The notes: generated by a model from the sequence alone, not told the origin. Shown: positions 8,061-19,291, counted from the first letter of the stretch. The stretch: 64,000 nucleotides of DNA from Candidatus Paracaedibacteraceae bacterium (GCA_030694965.1 JAUYTZ010000009.1:137418-201417), one strand, 5' to 3'. Translations and numbers: made by a program.

Positions 8061-9179
8061 TTATTTTTTATTTAAACGAATATTGATCCATGCCTTTGTT
8101 CGCTCGCGGTCAAATTTAAGGCTTTCATGACTTGTTTGTGGTTTGTTTAAATGTAATTTTTTCATCACTTCTTTATTTGGATAAATTGATTTATTTTTTT
8201 GAATTGCCTTTTCTATCATAGGAAAGGCAGCATCGATTGTTGTTGGCAATTTTGTTTTATTTGTAATTTTCGCACTTATTTCAGGGCGCAGCAAGAAATT
8301 GATAAATTTATGTGCATTTATTGGATGAGGAGACCCTACAGGAATAGCCATGCAATCAATCCATAAAGTTGTTCCTTCTTTGGGAATAATATAGGCGATA
8401 TTTCGCTTAAGTTCTTTTGCGTCAATTTCAGCTTGTTGAGCATCACCTGACCATGCTTGGGCAACGCATACGTCACCTAGAACTAAGTCATTTATAAATC
8501 GTGAAGAGGTAAAACGGCGAATAAATGGTCGTAACTTTTGCAAGTGATCAGATGCCTTTTTTAAATCTTCATCATTTTCACTATCAGAAGATGACCCTAA
8601 ATACGCCTGAACAAGAGGAACAACATCGATTGCTTCTTCAAGAAAGCTAACGCCGCAACTTTTAAGTTTTTTCAAATTTTCAGGGTTAAAAAGAATTTCA
8701 TTGCTTTCAAGATCAACATTAGGAAGACGTTCTTTTAACTTATCTTTATCATAAGCAATACCAAGTGTGCCCCAATAATAGGGAACCGCGTACATAAGAC
8801 CAGGGTCAATAGATTGCATTTGTTCGACAATTTCTTTATTTAAACCATTCAGTTCAGATAGAAGTTGTTTATTAAGTGGTTGATAGATACCAACTTTAAT
8901 CTGTCTTGCAACATATGGACTTGCTGTTGGAAAGACAACATCGTAACCTGAATTGCTAGCAAGTAGTTTTGCTTCTAAAACTTCATTATTATCGTAAACA
9001 TCGTATCGAACTCGAATTCCTGTTTCTTTTTCAAATTCTTGTAGTACTTCTGCTGGTATCATGCCGTACCAGTCATAGATATTTACAATTGCATCTTCAT
9101 ATTTTTTTTTATTTGGAAATATGTAAAAGAATAAAGAAATGAAAAAGATAGAGATAATTATCCGGCTGAGTGTCTTCAT
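8061..9179 (-). CDS. potF: Polyamine ABC transporter substrate-binding protein PotF/PotD
   Basis: VNIYDWYGMI, YDNNEVLEAKL, SGYDVVFP, PYYWGTLG, AWSGD, IPKEG, AHKFINFLLRP. Confidence 0.9.
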   Translation of the reverse strand: MKTLSRIIISIFFISLFFYIFPNKKKYEDAIVNIYDWYGMIPAEVLQEFEKETGIRVRYDVYDNNEVLEAKLLASNSGYDVVFPTASPYVARQIKVGIYQPLNKQLLSELNGLNKEIVEQMQSIDPGLMYAVPYYWGTLGIAYDKDKLKERLPNVDLESNEILFNPENLKKLKSCGVSFLEEAIDVVPLVQAYLGSSSDSENDEDLKKASDHLQKLRPFIRRFTSSRFINDLVLGDVCVAQAWSGDAQQAEIDAKELKRNIAYIIPKEGTTLWIDCMAIPVGSPHPINAHKFINFLLRPEISAKITNKTKLPTTIDAAFPMIEKAIQKNKSIYPNKEVMKKLHLNKPQTSHESLKFDRERTKAWINIRLNKK

Positions 9180-9337
9180 GTGTTTTTCTATACTATAACG
9201 TTGGTAAAATTTTTAGAATTAGAATATTCTTAACCGTATCAAATTAAGGCTCAGTTTAAAATGATTATATTCAGTAATGGGCTGGAAATTAAATTGATTA
9301 TTTTTGTTGAATGCACCTTCTTTTTAAAGTAAGTGCG

Positions 9338-11176
9338 TCATATTTTATGCCTCGCTGGTTCCAAATTAAGGCTATCCGCAAATTGTAAGGTTGCAAGTCG
9401 GCGGTATAATGCGTTGTGTTCACATAGTTCTGCGTGATTTCCAATAGCTTGAATGCACCCTTTATCCATAACAATGATTTTTTCAGCGTGCAATACGGTT
9501 GCAAGTCTGTGGGCAATAACAAGAGTTGTGCGTGTGCTTGTTAGGTATTTTAGGCCTTCTTGAACTGCACGTTCATTTTCTGCATCAAGCGCACTTGTTG
9601 CTTCATCAAGAAGTAAAATTCGAGGATTACGAAGAACTGCACGTGCAATAGCCACGCGTTGCTTTTGGCCACCAGAAAGACGAACACCACGTGTTCCAAC
9701 ATAGGTGTGAACGCCTTGCGGTAGTTGCCTGATAACATCTTGAAGTTGGGCAATTTTAATGGCTTCAAAAAGTTCTTTATCTGTTGCGTCAGGACGGCCA
9801 TACATAATATTTTCAAGTAAAGTTGCGCTAAAAAGAGCGGGCTCTTGTGGTACAATACCAATACGATGTCTTAATTCATGTAAGGGAAGGTCGCGGTAAT
9901 CGTGACCATCAATAAAAATAGATCCACTTTGCGGTTCGTAAAAACGCATAAGAAGCGAGAATAACGTCGATTTACCGGAACCAGAAGCCCCAACAATAGC
10001 AAGGCGTTCTCCTGGATTTACAGAAAAAGTAATATGATTTAAAGCTGCTTGTTTGGTATTAGTAGGGTATGCAAAGTCCACATTGTGCATAGCTACAGTT
10101 CCTTGTGAAGGAAGATGTTTCATTTTCCTTGCATGTGGTTTAAAAAGCGTTGATTTAATACGAAACACCTCAATAATGCGCTCTGCAGCGCCAGAGGCAC
10201 GCTTTAAATCGCCAAATACTTCGCTAAATGACCCAGCCGTCCCAGCAACCAAAATTGCATAAAAGAGAAATGCTGAAAGTGTTCCTGATGTTAAGTCGCC
10301 ACTATGCACGTCTGATACACCTATCCAAAGTAGGATACCTATTGCACCAAAAGAAACTGCCATTACAAAACTAGTTAAAAAAGATCGTTGTAAAGAACGT
10401 TCAACAGCTGCATTAAAGGCGTTTACTGTGTATTCATTAAAAATTTGTCTATCGATCTCTTCATGCGTAAATGCTTGGCATGTGTGTATGTTTAATATTG
10501 TTTCATTTAAAAATCCGCTGAGGTCACCAAGACGTTCCTGAGCTTTTTTTGAAAGACTACGAATCTTTTGTCCAAAAATCATAGCAGGAAATATAATGAC
10601 AGGAACGAGTGTAAGTGCGTACATTGCTAACTTTGGCGATGTAATAATCATTAAGGTAAGGCCACCAACAAGTAGGACTGAATTACGTAGAGCAATCGGT
10701 AATGACGTACCTAAAACAATTTGCAGTAAGCTTGTATCTGTTGTTAAGCGAGAAACAAGTTCGCCTTGCTTGACTTGTTCATAGTAGCTCATATCAAGGT
10801 TAAGTAGATGATTAAATGCATCTTGTCGCACCGCTGCAATAATACGTTCACTTAGCCATGATACAAAATAACAGCGCCCAAAGCTGAAAAGAGATAGCAA
10901 AATCACAGCAGCAAAAATGCCGCCAAGGGTTGCAAGTAAGTGTATGTTTTTCTCAAAAAGGAAGCCCTGATCAATAACTGCTTTAATTACTGTGCCAAAC
11001 GCTAGAACAATGCCGCCAGCACCCAGTACGGATAAAAAAGCAATTATCACGCGTGTTTTATGTGGCTTGGCGTATCTACAAAAAAGAGATAGTTTTTTGA
11101 TGCTATTGCTCATTGAATCTAAGTTTTGTGGACGTGTTGTATTTCGAGCGCCGTCATAGGGGCTATTTTCACGCAT
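9338..11176 (-). CDS. ABC exporter, fused permease/ATPase (MsbA-related)
   Basis: TM domain plus GASGSGKS, LSGGQKQR, LLLDEATSALD, IAHRLAT. Start set at ATG 11176 because the longer ORF overlaps tRNA-Ala. Confidence 0.9.
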   Translation of the reverse strand: MRENSPYDGARNTTRPQNLDSMSNSIKKLSLFCRYAKPHKTRVIIAFLSVLGAGGIVLAFGTVIKAVIDQGFLFEKNIHLLATLGGIFAAVILLSLFSFGRCYFVSWLSERIIAAVRQDAFNHLLNLDMSYYEQVKQGELVSRLTTDTSLLQIVLGTSLPIALRNSVLLVGGLTLMIITSPKLAMYALTLVPVIIFPAMIFGQKIRSLSKKAQERLGDLSGFLNETILNIHTCQAFTHEEIDRQIFNEYTVNAFNAAVERSLQRSFLTSFVMAVSFGAIGILLWIGVSDVHSGDLTSGTLSAFLFYAILVAGTAGSFSEVFGDLKRASGAAERIIEVFRIKSTLFKPHARKMKHLPSQGTVAMHNVDFAYPTNTKQAALNHITFSVNPGERLAIVGASGSGKSTLFSLLMRFYEPQSGSIFIDGHDYRDLPLHELRHRIGIVPQEPALFSATLLENIMYGRPDATDKELFEAIKIAQLQDVIRQLPQGVHTYVGTRGVRLSGGQKQRVAIARAVLRNPRILLLDEATSALDAENERAVQEGLKYLTSTRTTLVIAHRLATVLHAEKIIVMDKGCIQAIGNHAELCEHNALYRRLATLQFADSLNLEPARHKI

Positions 11177-11220
11177 AAAAATTATCCTTTTGGGATAGAA
11201 AAAATAAAAATTTGGAGATT

Positions 11221-11296
<76 letters not shown>

Positions 11297-11347
11297 AAAT
11301 TTACATTATTATTTATACGTTTTTTAAAAAAATGATGCAATAGAGTT

Positions 11348-12703
11348 TTAAATTGCTTTTAAAGATTTGCTTATTTCCTTTGGCATAATGTTAATATTTC
11401 CATCTGCGTAATGTAGAGTGACTGTTGTTGTTTCCATTGGAAAATCGGCAGCTTTTGACACTACTGTATTATTGACGGATGTCCAAGCAAATCCTTTTTC
11501 TAAGATTTTTGAATAAGATGATTGATCAAGACGTCCTGTTAGGTACATTATTTCTTGTGTTTTAGAATCAACGAAAGCACGTGATGCGCGTAAAAAGCGT
11601 TCACTTAAGTGATTAAAATTTTGCATATGCATGTTAATTGATGCTGTTGGATGCTTTGGTTGTTGGCTTTGCACGCAGTGCGTTGCCAATGTTAAAAAAT
11701 GGTTTATTCCGCGTGTTAAGCGTTCAAAGCGATCATCAAGGCGTTGCATAGATGTTTCAAGTAAATGTTGTGGTTGTGGCAATCCGCGAGCTAGGCCTTT
11801 AACTTTGATCCATTCTAAACGTAGCATCTTAATACTAAACTGATGCATACGTTCTTGCATATGCCTTATTGTAAAAATGAGCTGCGAACGAACTGGCGTT
11901 GCAAGCTCAGCTGCTGCTGTTGGAGTAGGGGCTCTTAAATCTGCAGCATAGTCAATCAGTGTTGTATCTGTCTCGTGTCCAATAGCAGAAATAATAGGGA
12001 TAATGCTTGTTGCAGCTACTCTAACTACTGCTTCTTCGTTAAATGTCCATAAGTCTTCAAGACTGCCGCCACCACGCGCAACAATTAGTACATCAGGCCG
12101 CATTTCAGGAGCAAGCACATTCATACCACGAATAGCAAAAGCGACCTGTTCAATGGATCCTGGACCTTGTACTTGTGCTGGCCATAAAATAACTTCGCAA
12201 GGAAAACGGTCCTCAAGACGATGCAAAATGTCGCGTATAACAGCTCCTGTTGGGGATGTTATAATGCCAATGCGTTTTGGGAATGGTGGAAGTTGGCGTT
12301 TATTATCAAATAGCCCCTCAGCTTGTAAGCGCTCTTTGCGTTCCATCAAAATTTTCATGAGGGCGCCTTTTCCAGCAGCCTCAAGGCGTTCAACAATTAC
12401 TTGGTATTTTGATCTGCCGGGATAGGTCGTAATTCGCCCTGTTATGATTACTTCAAGACCATCTTCCAGCTGCACAGACATAGGAGTGCCGCGCCAAGCA
12501 ACAGCATCAATAACAGAATCTTCATCCTTAAGAGTAAAATAAGAATGCCCCGATGTATGACGTTTATAGCCGCTAATTTCCCCTCTAATTTTTATATTTC
12601 GAAAATTATCCTCGACGTATTTTTTGAGGCTCAGACTTATCTCTGTAACAGAAAGTGCTTCTGCTTGAGGCGGGAGGAAATCAATAATTCTTTGTGTGTT
12701 CAT
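11348..12703 (-). CDS. xseA: Exodeoxyribonuclease VII large subunit
   Basis: RGEISG...SGHSYFTLKD, ITSPTGAVIRD, ARGGGSLEDLW, IGHETD, APTPTAAAE. Confidence 0.96.
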   Translation of the reverse strand: MNTQRIIDFLPPQAEALSVTEISLSLKKYVEDNFRNIKIRGEISGYKRHTSGHSYFTLKDEDSVIDAVAWRGTPMSVQLEDGLEVIITGRITTYPGRSKYQVIVERLEAAGKGALMKILMERKERLQAEGLFDNKRQLPPFPKRIGIITSPTGAVIRDILHRLEDRFPCEVILWPAQVQGPGSIEQVAFAIRGMNVLAPEMRPDVLIVARGGGSLEDLWTFNEEAVVRVAATSIIPIISAIGHETDTTLIDYAADLRAPTPTAAAELATPVRSQLIFTIRHMQERMHQFSIKMLRLEWIKVKGLARGLPQPQHLLETSMQRLDDRFERLTRGINHFLTLATHCVQSQQPKHPTASINMHMQNFNHLSERFLRASRAFVDSKTQEIMYLTGRLDQSSYSKILEKGFAWTSVNNTVVSKAADFPMETTTVTLHYADGNINIMPKEISKSLKAI

Positions 12704-12708
12704 TAATT

Positions 12709-14502
12709 TTATTCCACTAAGCTTTCAAGCTCGTCAATTAAGCCTTCAATCATAGAAAGGCCTTGCGTCCAGAAATTTGGGTTGCTTGCATCTAAACCAA
12801 AGGGGGCAAGAAGTTCTTTATGGCGCTTTGATCCTCCTGCTTTAAGTAAGTCTATATACTTTTCTTGGAACCCTTCAGGGTTGTTTTGATAAACAGCAAA
12901 TAAGGAGTTTACTAAACAGTCACCAAACGCATAAGCATACACATAAAATGGTGAATGTATAAAGTGTGAGATATATGCCCAGTAGCTACCAACGAGTGGA
13001 TCTAAATGTACAGCCTCGCCAAGGGCTTCTTTTTGTGTTTCAAGCCAAATTGAATTAATATCATCAATAGATAGTTCGCTTGTCTTTCGTCGTGTATGTA
13101 CCTGCTCTTCAAATAAGTAAAAGGCAATCTGGCGCACAACTGTATTGAGCATATCTTCAATTTTTCCAGCAAGCATTTGACGTTTTTCTGAAGGATTTTT
13201 TGCATGTTTTAGTAAGTTTTGAAAAGTTAGCATTTCTCCAAAGACTGATGCTGTTTCAGCAAGTGTAAGTGGGGTGTCTGAAAGTAAATAGCCTTGATCT
13301 GCAGCTAATACTTGGTGTACACCATGACCTAATTCGTGCGCCAAAGTCATAACATCACGTTTTTTACCATGAAAATTTAGCAAAACATAAGGATGTACAG
13401 TTGGTACTGTTGGGTGAGAAAATGCCCCAGACGTTTTACCGTCGGTTGATGGAACATCAATCCAGTTTTTATCAAAGAAATCACCTGCAATAGCGGCAAT
13501 TTTAGGACTAAAAGCTTGGTATGCATCCATTACAATTTTGCGTGTTTCAAGCCATGTAAACGTTTCATCATCTGCGTCAGACAAAGGTGCATTACGATCC
13601 CAATACTGTAAAACTGGAATACCCATCATTTTAGCTTTAAGTGCATAATAACGATGTGAAAGGCGAGGGTAGCTTTGCTTTACAGCAACAACAAGTGCAT
13701 TAACCACATCTGCTTCAACTTGGTTTGCAAGGTGACGTTCATGCATAGGCGATGCATATGTACGCCACTTGTCTTCAATTTCTTTATCTTTAGCAAGTGT
13801 ATTCGTAATGAAGGCAAATAGAGAAGCTTTACTAGACAAACCTTCTGCTAATGCCATTGCGCCCTGGCGACGTTTTGTTGGGTTTGCATCGGACATTAAT
13901 TCAGTTACACCCGATAAAGATAAAGCAGTTCCATCAACATTAAATGACATACTGGCAAGGGTTTCGTCATATAAACGATTGAGTGCTCGTGATGAAGTTA
14001 GAGACTTTTCTAAAAATACTTTTTCAAGATCAGGCGTTAATTGATGATTTTTAAATGTTCGAATTTGATCAAAATAAGGACGATAACGTTCAAGCTCTGA
14101 TGATGTGGCAAATGCAGCTTCGAGACGGGTGTCCTCGATTTCATTAAGTTCAAGCGTAAAAAAAATAAAGCGAGAACTCAAATTCGTTAAGCGTTCTTGA
14201 GTTTTTTGATACATCAAAAGAATGTCTTGATCCTTGATGTTTTTATAATAGCGAAGGCCAGTGTAACTTCCTAAGCGACCAAAACGCTCTTGAATGGTTT
14301 CGTATGTAGTAATTGCTTCGAATAAATTACTTGTTGTCCACGCTGATCCGTTGAACACACCTTTGAATTTAGCTTGAAAAGCTGCTGATTCAGTCTCGCA
14401 AAGGGCCCAATCGCGCTCTATGGCAGGATCAGTATCACTGCTGTATAAGTCAGTTAGATCCCATTCAGGGTAATTCTCAATACCAAGTACATCTTGCGCC
14501 AT
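12709..14502 (-). CDS. M3 family oligoendopeptidase (PepF-like)
   Basis: WDLTDLY, GKTSGAF, TLAHELGHGVH, AETASVFGE, HSPFYVYAYAFG. Confidence 0.93.
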   Translation of the reverse strand: MAQDVLGIENYPEWDLTDLYSSDTDPAIERDWALCETESAAFQAKFKGVFNGSAWTTSNLFEAITTYETIQERFGRLGSYTGLRYYKNIKDQDILLMYQKTQERLTNLSSRFIFFTLELNEIEDTRLEAAFATSSELERYRPYFDQIRTFKNHQLTPDLEKVFLEKSLTSSRALNRLYDETLASMSFNVDGTALSLSGVTELMSDANPTKRRQGAMALAEGLSSKASLFAFITNTLAKDKEIEDKWRTYASPMHERHLANQVEADVVNALVVAVKQSYPRLSHRYYALKAKMMGIPVLQYWDRNAPLSDADDETFTWLETRKIVMDAYQAFSPKIAAIAGDFFDKNWIDVPSTDGKTSGAFSHPTVPTVHPYVLLNFHGKKRDVMTLAHELGHGVHQVLAADQGYLLSDTPLTLAETASVFGEMLTFQNLLKHAKNPSEKRQMLAGKIEDMLNTVVRQIAFYLFEEQVHTRRKTSELSIDDINSIWLETQKEALGEAVHLDPLVGSYWAYISHFIHSPFYVYAYAFGDCLVNSLFAVYQNNPEGFQEKYIDLLKAGGSKRHKELLAPFGLDASNPNFWTQGLSMIEGLIDELESLVE

Positions 14503-14572
14503 GCTACACTTTTCCAAAAAATTATATGAATTTGGCTAAGTGTAACATGATCAAGGATTATGGGAAAAGTCT

Positions 14573-15820
14573 TTAAGCTACTTTTTGCTTCATTTTTCCA
14601 AGTTTACTTATTACAAACAGTAAACCTAGCGACACTGAGGCAATGCATCCGCTTGCAATATACATTATTGATATTGAGAATATATCAGCAATCATACCTC
14701 CAAACACTCCCGCAAGCACGATTGATCCGGCACTAAACAGGTAGAAAATACCAAAACCAGTTCCACGTAAATCTGCAGGCACATAATCAGCAATAAGTGC
14801 TAAAAACATGCTTTGAGTTATACCTACTTGAATTCCCCAAACACCAACACCAATAAGCGCAACTGTAAGGTTTGGCGCAAATGCGAGTAAAGCATCGGCA
14901 ATAACAAGGCATAAACATCCAATTGCTAAGATGTAGTGACGCGGGATGCGGTCAGAAAATCGTCCAATTGGATAGGCCGTTAGTGAATTTGCTGCGTTAT
15001 AAATAAGAACAACCATTGGTACCCATTGTTCAGGCATCTCAAAATTTTTATGTGCGTGGAGGCTTAGTAGCGATTCACTTACTCGTGCAAGCATAAATAC
15101 GGTAACAACGATCATTAAATACCAAAAAGGTTTTCCAAGGCGATTCATATCGGTGAAATGAAGAGGGTGTTTTTTAGGAGTTTCTTGATTTTCCATTTCT
15201 TCTGGTTTTAATTTAGAATCTTTTACAAGCACAACCAAAATAATAAGAGCTAAAATTGCGGGAATGCATGCCATCCAAAAAATTTGTTGATAGTTGTTTG
15301 CTGTCCACCACATGGCCAATACCCCAAGACCTGCGCCAATGAATGACCCCGCATTGCTAAGTGCTGTGCGAAGACCAAAGCATTCTCCTTTGATATCATA
15401 TGGTGATAGGTCTGCGACAAGTGCATCACGCGGTGTTGCTTGCATGCCATTGCCTATGCGTTCAAATACACGTGAAACAAAAATGATTGTATATGCCATG
15501 CCAACTGCAAAAAAGCTTACAGAAAAAGCAAGAATAGGACGTGAAAACGCCGCCATACCAAAGCCAATAACCATGATCATCTTACGGCGTCTAAAATAGT
15601 CACTGATGATACCTGAAAAAACTTTCATAATGTAAGCGATGCCTTCAACAATGTGTTCAAGTGTAGAAATCCACTGAATGCCAACACCTTGACCATTCAA
15701 ATAGATCGCTGATAATGAGAACACAAGAGCTGAGGTCATGTTAAGTAAACAGCTAGCTAGACCAATTGCCCAAATTGATAAGGGGATTGGTGTTTTTATT
15801 TTTTTTTCATTGTTTTTCAT
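14573..15820 (-). CDS. MFS transporter
   Basis: About 12 hydrophobic segments, motif A GIISDYFRRRK / GRFSDRIPR, and PRDALVAD. Confidence 0.9.
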   Translation of the reverse strand: MKNNEKKIKTPIPLSIWAIGLASCLLNMTSALVFSLSAIYLNGQGVGIQWISTLEHIVEGIAYIMKVFSGIISDYFRRRKMIMVIGFGMAAFSRPILAFSVSFFAVGMAYTIIFVSRVFERIGNGMQATPRDALVADLSPYDIKGECFGLRTALSNAGSFIGAGLGVLAMWWTANNYQQIFWMACIPAILALIILVVLVKDSKLKPEEMENQETPKKHPLHFTDMNRLGKPFWYLMIVVTVFMLARVSESLLSLHAHKNFEMPEQWVPMVVLIYNAANSLTAYPIGRFSDRIPRHYILAIGCLCLVIADALLAFAPNLTVALIGVGVWGIQVGITQSMFLALIADYVPADLRGTGFGIFYLFSAGSIVLAGVFGGMIADIFSISIMYIASGCIASVSLGLLFVISKLGKMKQKVA

Positions 15821-15917
15821 AAAATAGTTTAACCATTTCCAAAAAATTAACAGCTCGTCGCTATACTTAAGGTATAACGGGAATTATTAATATATAATAT
15901 AATGTTAGGAGAACACC

Positions 15918-16700
15918 GTGTTCAAAGATAAAACAGTTTTAATTACAGGGTCAACGAGCGGAATAGGATTAGCTATTGCTCATCTTTTTGCTGCACAAAA
16001 CGCGAATATAATACTCAATGGGATTGAATCTTTAATTGAAATAAACCCTATTTTGGAGGTTTTGTCAAGAAAAACACAAGGACAAGTTATTTATGAGAGC
16101 GTAAATGTTTCAAAACCTGATGAAATAGAAGAAATGATGGCGCGCGTGTGTGATAAATTTGGTGTGGTTGATGTGCTTATAAATAATGCATGTGTACAAC
16201 ATGTATCTCCGATTGAGTCTTTTTCAATTGAAAAGTGGGATTTAATTATTTCGTTAGGATTGTCATCTGCTTTTCATACCATACGTTTGGCTTTACCAGG
16301 GATGAGATCAAAAGGGTGGGGGCGTATTATCAATATAGCATCTGTTCATGGGCTTGTGGGGTCTGCAGAAAAATCTGCTTATGTGGCTGCAAAACATGGG
16401 ATGGTTGGTTTGACAAAAGTCGTAGCGTTGGAGACAGCTCAGGAAAGTATTACATGCAATGCGATTTGCCCAGGTTGGGTATTAACACCGCTAGTGCAAA
16501 AACAAATTGATCAACGTGCAACTGCAAAAGGAATATCTGCTAAAGAAGCTGAGCATGATCTGCTTCTAGAAAAACAACCGTCTTTAAGCTTTGCTAAACC
16601 AGAGGATCTGGCAGCATTAGCCTTGTTTTTGTGTAAAGATGACGCTGCTCAGATGACAGGTGGAGCCATCACAATGGATGGTGGCTGGATTAGCCGCTAA
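15918..16700 (+). CDS. bdhA: 3-hydroxybutyrate dehydrogenase (SDR)
   Basis: TGSTSGIG, IASVHGLV, KSAYVAAKHG, CPGWVLTPLVQKQI, LLEKQPS. Confidence 0.9.
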   Translation: MFKDKTVLITGSTSGIGLAIAHLFAAQNANIILNGIESLIEINPILEVLSRKTQGQVIYESVNVSKPDEIEEMMARVCDKFGVVDVLINNACVQHVSPIESFSIEKWDLIISLGLSSAFHTIRLALPGMRSKGWGRIINIASVHGLVGSAEKSAYVAAKHGMVGLTKVVALETAQESITCNAICPGWVLTPLVQKQIDQRATAKGISAKEAEHDLLLEKQPSLSFAKPEDLAALALFLCKDDAAQMTGGAITMDGGWISR

Positions 16701-16707
16701 GTTATAA

Positions 16708-17217
16708 TCAAACTTCCCAGTACAATTCAGGGCCACAATTTGTAATGATGTTAAGCAAATCTTTTTTTTGAAGGGTAAGGCACCCGGCTGAAGATGAGAA
16801 ATCAGGAGGGGTAATGTGTATAAAAATAGCGCTTCCTTTTCCTGGGATAATAGGGTCTGTGTTGTGATTTGTTAGTAGAATTAAATCGTATAAACTGTCT
16901 TCTCGCCAAAGATCTTCGTGACTTGAACAGAAGGGTTTTGTTATTTTTTGGTTGTAGAGTGGGTCCATTGGCTCGTCACACCAGCCATATGAAGGATGTA
17001 ATGGATGTAATTGAATGGATGACTTTGGTGGCGTTATACGATCAGGTCTGTAATAACCATAAATGACTTTATGTCGTCCCGTAGGAGTCTTTTTGTCACC
17101 TTCGTTTTTTAAGTTAGAGTTAATAATTCCATTACTGCCAATGGTCGCATTAAAAAGAAAATCGCGCCACTGTATATGTATGGATTCAGCTGAAATGATG
17201 GTTTTTAATATATCCAT
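16708..17217 (-). CDS. L,D-transpeptidase (YkuD) family protein
   Basis: EGDKKTPTG, YRPDR, GWCDEP, GKGSAIFIH...SAGC catalytic His/Cys. Confidence 0.85.
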   Translation of the reverse strand: MDILKTIISAESIHIQWRDFLFNATIGSNGIINSNLKNEGDKKTPTGRHKVIYGYYRPDRITPPKSSIQLHPLHPSYGWCDEPMDPLYNQKITKPFCSSHEDLWREDSLYDLILLTNHNTDPIIPGKGSAIFIHITPPDFSSSAGCLTLQKKDLLNIITNCGPELYWEV

Positions 17218-17230
17218 TATCTATGTGTCT

Positions 17231-18343
17231 TTATGCTATGCCTACAAAGCCATCTCCGTGGCATTGGGGACATTGTGACATGAGTTTTATAAAAAGAGAA
17301 GGACGATAGCGCGTGCGTTGTAGCTGAAGGAGGCCAAGTTCGCAAAAGCCAAGCACGCGTACATCTGTGTTTTTAAATGCATTTCGAATGGATTTAACAA
17401 AATCATTTTGCGCTGATTTTGTTAAGCGTATGAAATCAATAAGAATATTTCCGCTAATATTACGCCACCTAATTTGTTGCTCGATGGATTTTAATGCATT
17501 CATATTGATATCTAAAACGTTATCGCACTGTGTTCCTGCATTGACATCGATTAAAGTTGCAGCGGGCAGCTCACGAATATCAATACTGCAACCCGCATCT
17601 AGTATGACGTGTGGTGTTAGTATTTCCGCCCATCGATCTTCTATACCAAAATGTTCAAATAATGGTGATTCAGTTTGACGTGCTAGCCTTACTGAGTCAC
17701 TTTTTTCAGGATAAAAGCTTTTAATCCATTCTTTGACGTAACTTGCGGTTAAAGGCGTTTCACATGTGACCACAAGATCGTTTGAGCTATCACGAACCCA
17801 GCGTTGCCATTGCGTGAATCCTCGATCGGCAATGCCTATTTTTATTGGAGGAGTTAATAATTGTTCTGCTTGTTTTGTGAGTTTCTTTTTTTCATCGCTA
17901 AGTTCTACGCAGTCATCGAGCATATCAGTTGCCGCAGAGCGACGAATCCATTTAGAGTTTGGCTTTGGCGTAGACAATGGATTGTATACCCAATAATGAC
18001 CTGCAAGTGTGATGTTTGGAGTAAGTCTATATCCTTTTTCATTATACCCAAATTTACCTACCTCAGGCCAAGGTTCTCGTATGATTTGTAGCCACATGAG
18101 CCTGCCTTCACATAGCTTTTGCTTATGAAAAAGAGACGTTTTTGCAACTCCTTCTATGTTAAGTCCTAAAGTAAACCACACAAAATCATTACGAATTGCA
18201 GTTATTCTGCCACATACGATATCGTCAAGCTGAGCTTTTTTTTCTTGAGCAGGATATTGAAATGAGAAATCAGCGAGCTTGCCATCCTTTAAGAGAGCGC
18301 AACGCCATCCAGATAAAAAGGGTTGAATCAAAATTCGTTGCAT
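17231..18343 (-). CDS. Ribonuclease E/G family protein (short RNase G-like)
   Basis: LIDVNAG, IRWRNISGNILIDFI, LGLLQLQR, Zn-link CPQCHGDG; located downstream of infA. Confidence 0.85.
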   Translation of the reverse strand: MQRILIQPFLSGWRCALLKDGKLADFSFQYPAQEKKAQLDDIVCGRITAIRNDFVWFTLGLNIEGVAKTSLFHKQKLCEGRLMWLQIIREPWPEVGKFGYNEKGYRLTPNITLAGHYWVYNPLSTPKPNSKWIRRSAATDMLDDCVELSDEKKKLTKQAEQLLTPPIKIGIADRGFTQWQRWVRDSSNDLVVTCETPLTASYVKEWIKSFYPEKSDSVRLARQTESPLFEHFGIEDRWAEILTPHVILDAGCSIDIRELPAATLIDVNAGTQCDNVLDINMNALKSIEQQIRWRNISGNILIDFIRLTKSAQNDFVKSIRNAFKNTDVRVLGFCELGLLQLQRTRYRPSLFIKLMSQCPQCHGDGFVGIA

Positions 18344-18345
18344 TA

Positions 18346-18564
18346 TTATTTTTGACGAAAGGTTATTCGACCTTTTGTTAAATCGTAGGGCGTCATTTCG
18401 ACTGTGACTTTGTCACCTGCTAAGACACGAATTCTATTTTTGCGCATACGGCCTGACGTGTGTGCAAGTATAATATGGTCATTTTCAAGTTTCACCCGAA
18501 ACATAGTGTTTGGCAAAACTTCTGCAATAACACCGCTAAATTCAATTAGATCTTCTTTAGACAT
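18346..18564 (-). CDS. infA: Translation initiation factor IF-1
   Basis: [11 protein letters not shown]...LPNTMFRV...[17 protein letters not shown]...PYDLTKGRI. Confidence 0.99.
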   Translation of the reverse strand: MSKEDLIEFSGVIAEVLPNTMFRVKLENDHIILAHTSGRMRKNRIRVLAGDKVTVEMTPYDLTKGRITFRQK

Positions 18565-18751
18565 TAATACTACTTAATACAATTAACTACGGTTTACTAT
18601 AATGCAAAATTTTAAATAAACCAAGTATTTTTATAAAAAAGAAAAAAAATAGATAAGCAATCTGAATTTTTTAGTAACATACTTGATTGAAAATTTGCTA
18701 AAATTAGAGACTAAATGTATTATGTTAGTAGAATTAATAAAAAATATTTTT

Positions 18752-19291
18752 ATGGTTATTAAGCATTATTCTGCTTTAATGAAATTCATTCATTGGGCTA
18801 TGGCTGTACAAATTATAGTTCTTTTAGTTATTGGGTTTTATATGAGTGACCTTTCTTGGGGTGATTCCAGGAAAATACTCGTGATGGTGCACAAATCATG
18901 TGGTGTAACGGCCATTGTTTTTATTATTGCTCGTATTTTTGCCCGTCTATTTACGCAAGTACCTGAATCGTCAGGAAACTTTGCTGTGAAGTTTACCTCT
19001 CAGCTGACATCATTTTTTTTGTATGTATTTATGGCTGCTATGGCTTTTTCTGGATTCATTATGTCAGATATGGGAGGACATGTAATTACGTTTTTTAATT
19101 TGATAGATTTGCCATTATTATTTAAAAAGAATGAAGATTTGGCTAAAAAATTTCATGCGATTCATGTCTGTATTGCACTGCCACTTGTGATTCTTATTGG
19201 ACTTCACTTATTGGGCGCTCTCTACCACCATTTTATTTTACGAGATAATGTGCTGACAAGAATGCTACCGCGTGTTTGTTCAAGAAAGTAA
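18752..19291 (+). CDS. Cytochrome b561 family protein
   Basis: IHWAMA, HKSCG, HAIH, HLLGALYHHF..RD heme-ligand pattern. Confidence 0.9.
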   Translation: MVIKHYSALMKFIHWAMAVQIIVLLVIGFYMSDLSWGDSRKILVMVHKSCGVTAIVFIIARIFARLFTQVPESSGNFAVKFTSQLTSFFLYVFMAAMAFSGFIMSDMGGHVITFFNLIDLPLLFKKNEDLAKKFHAIHVCIALPLVILIGLHLLGALYHHFILRDNVLTRMLPRVCSRK

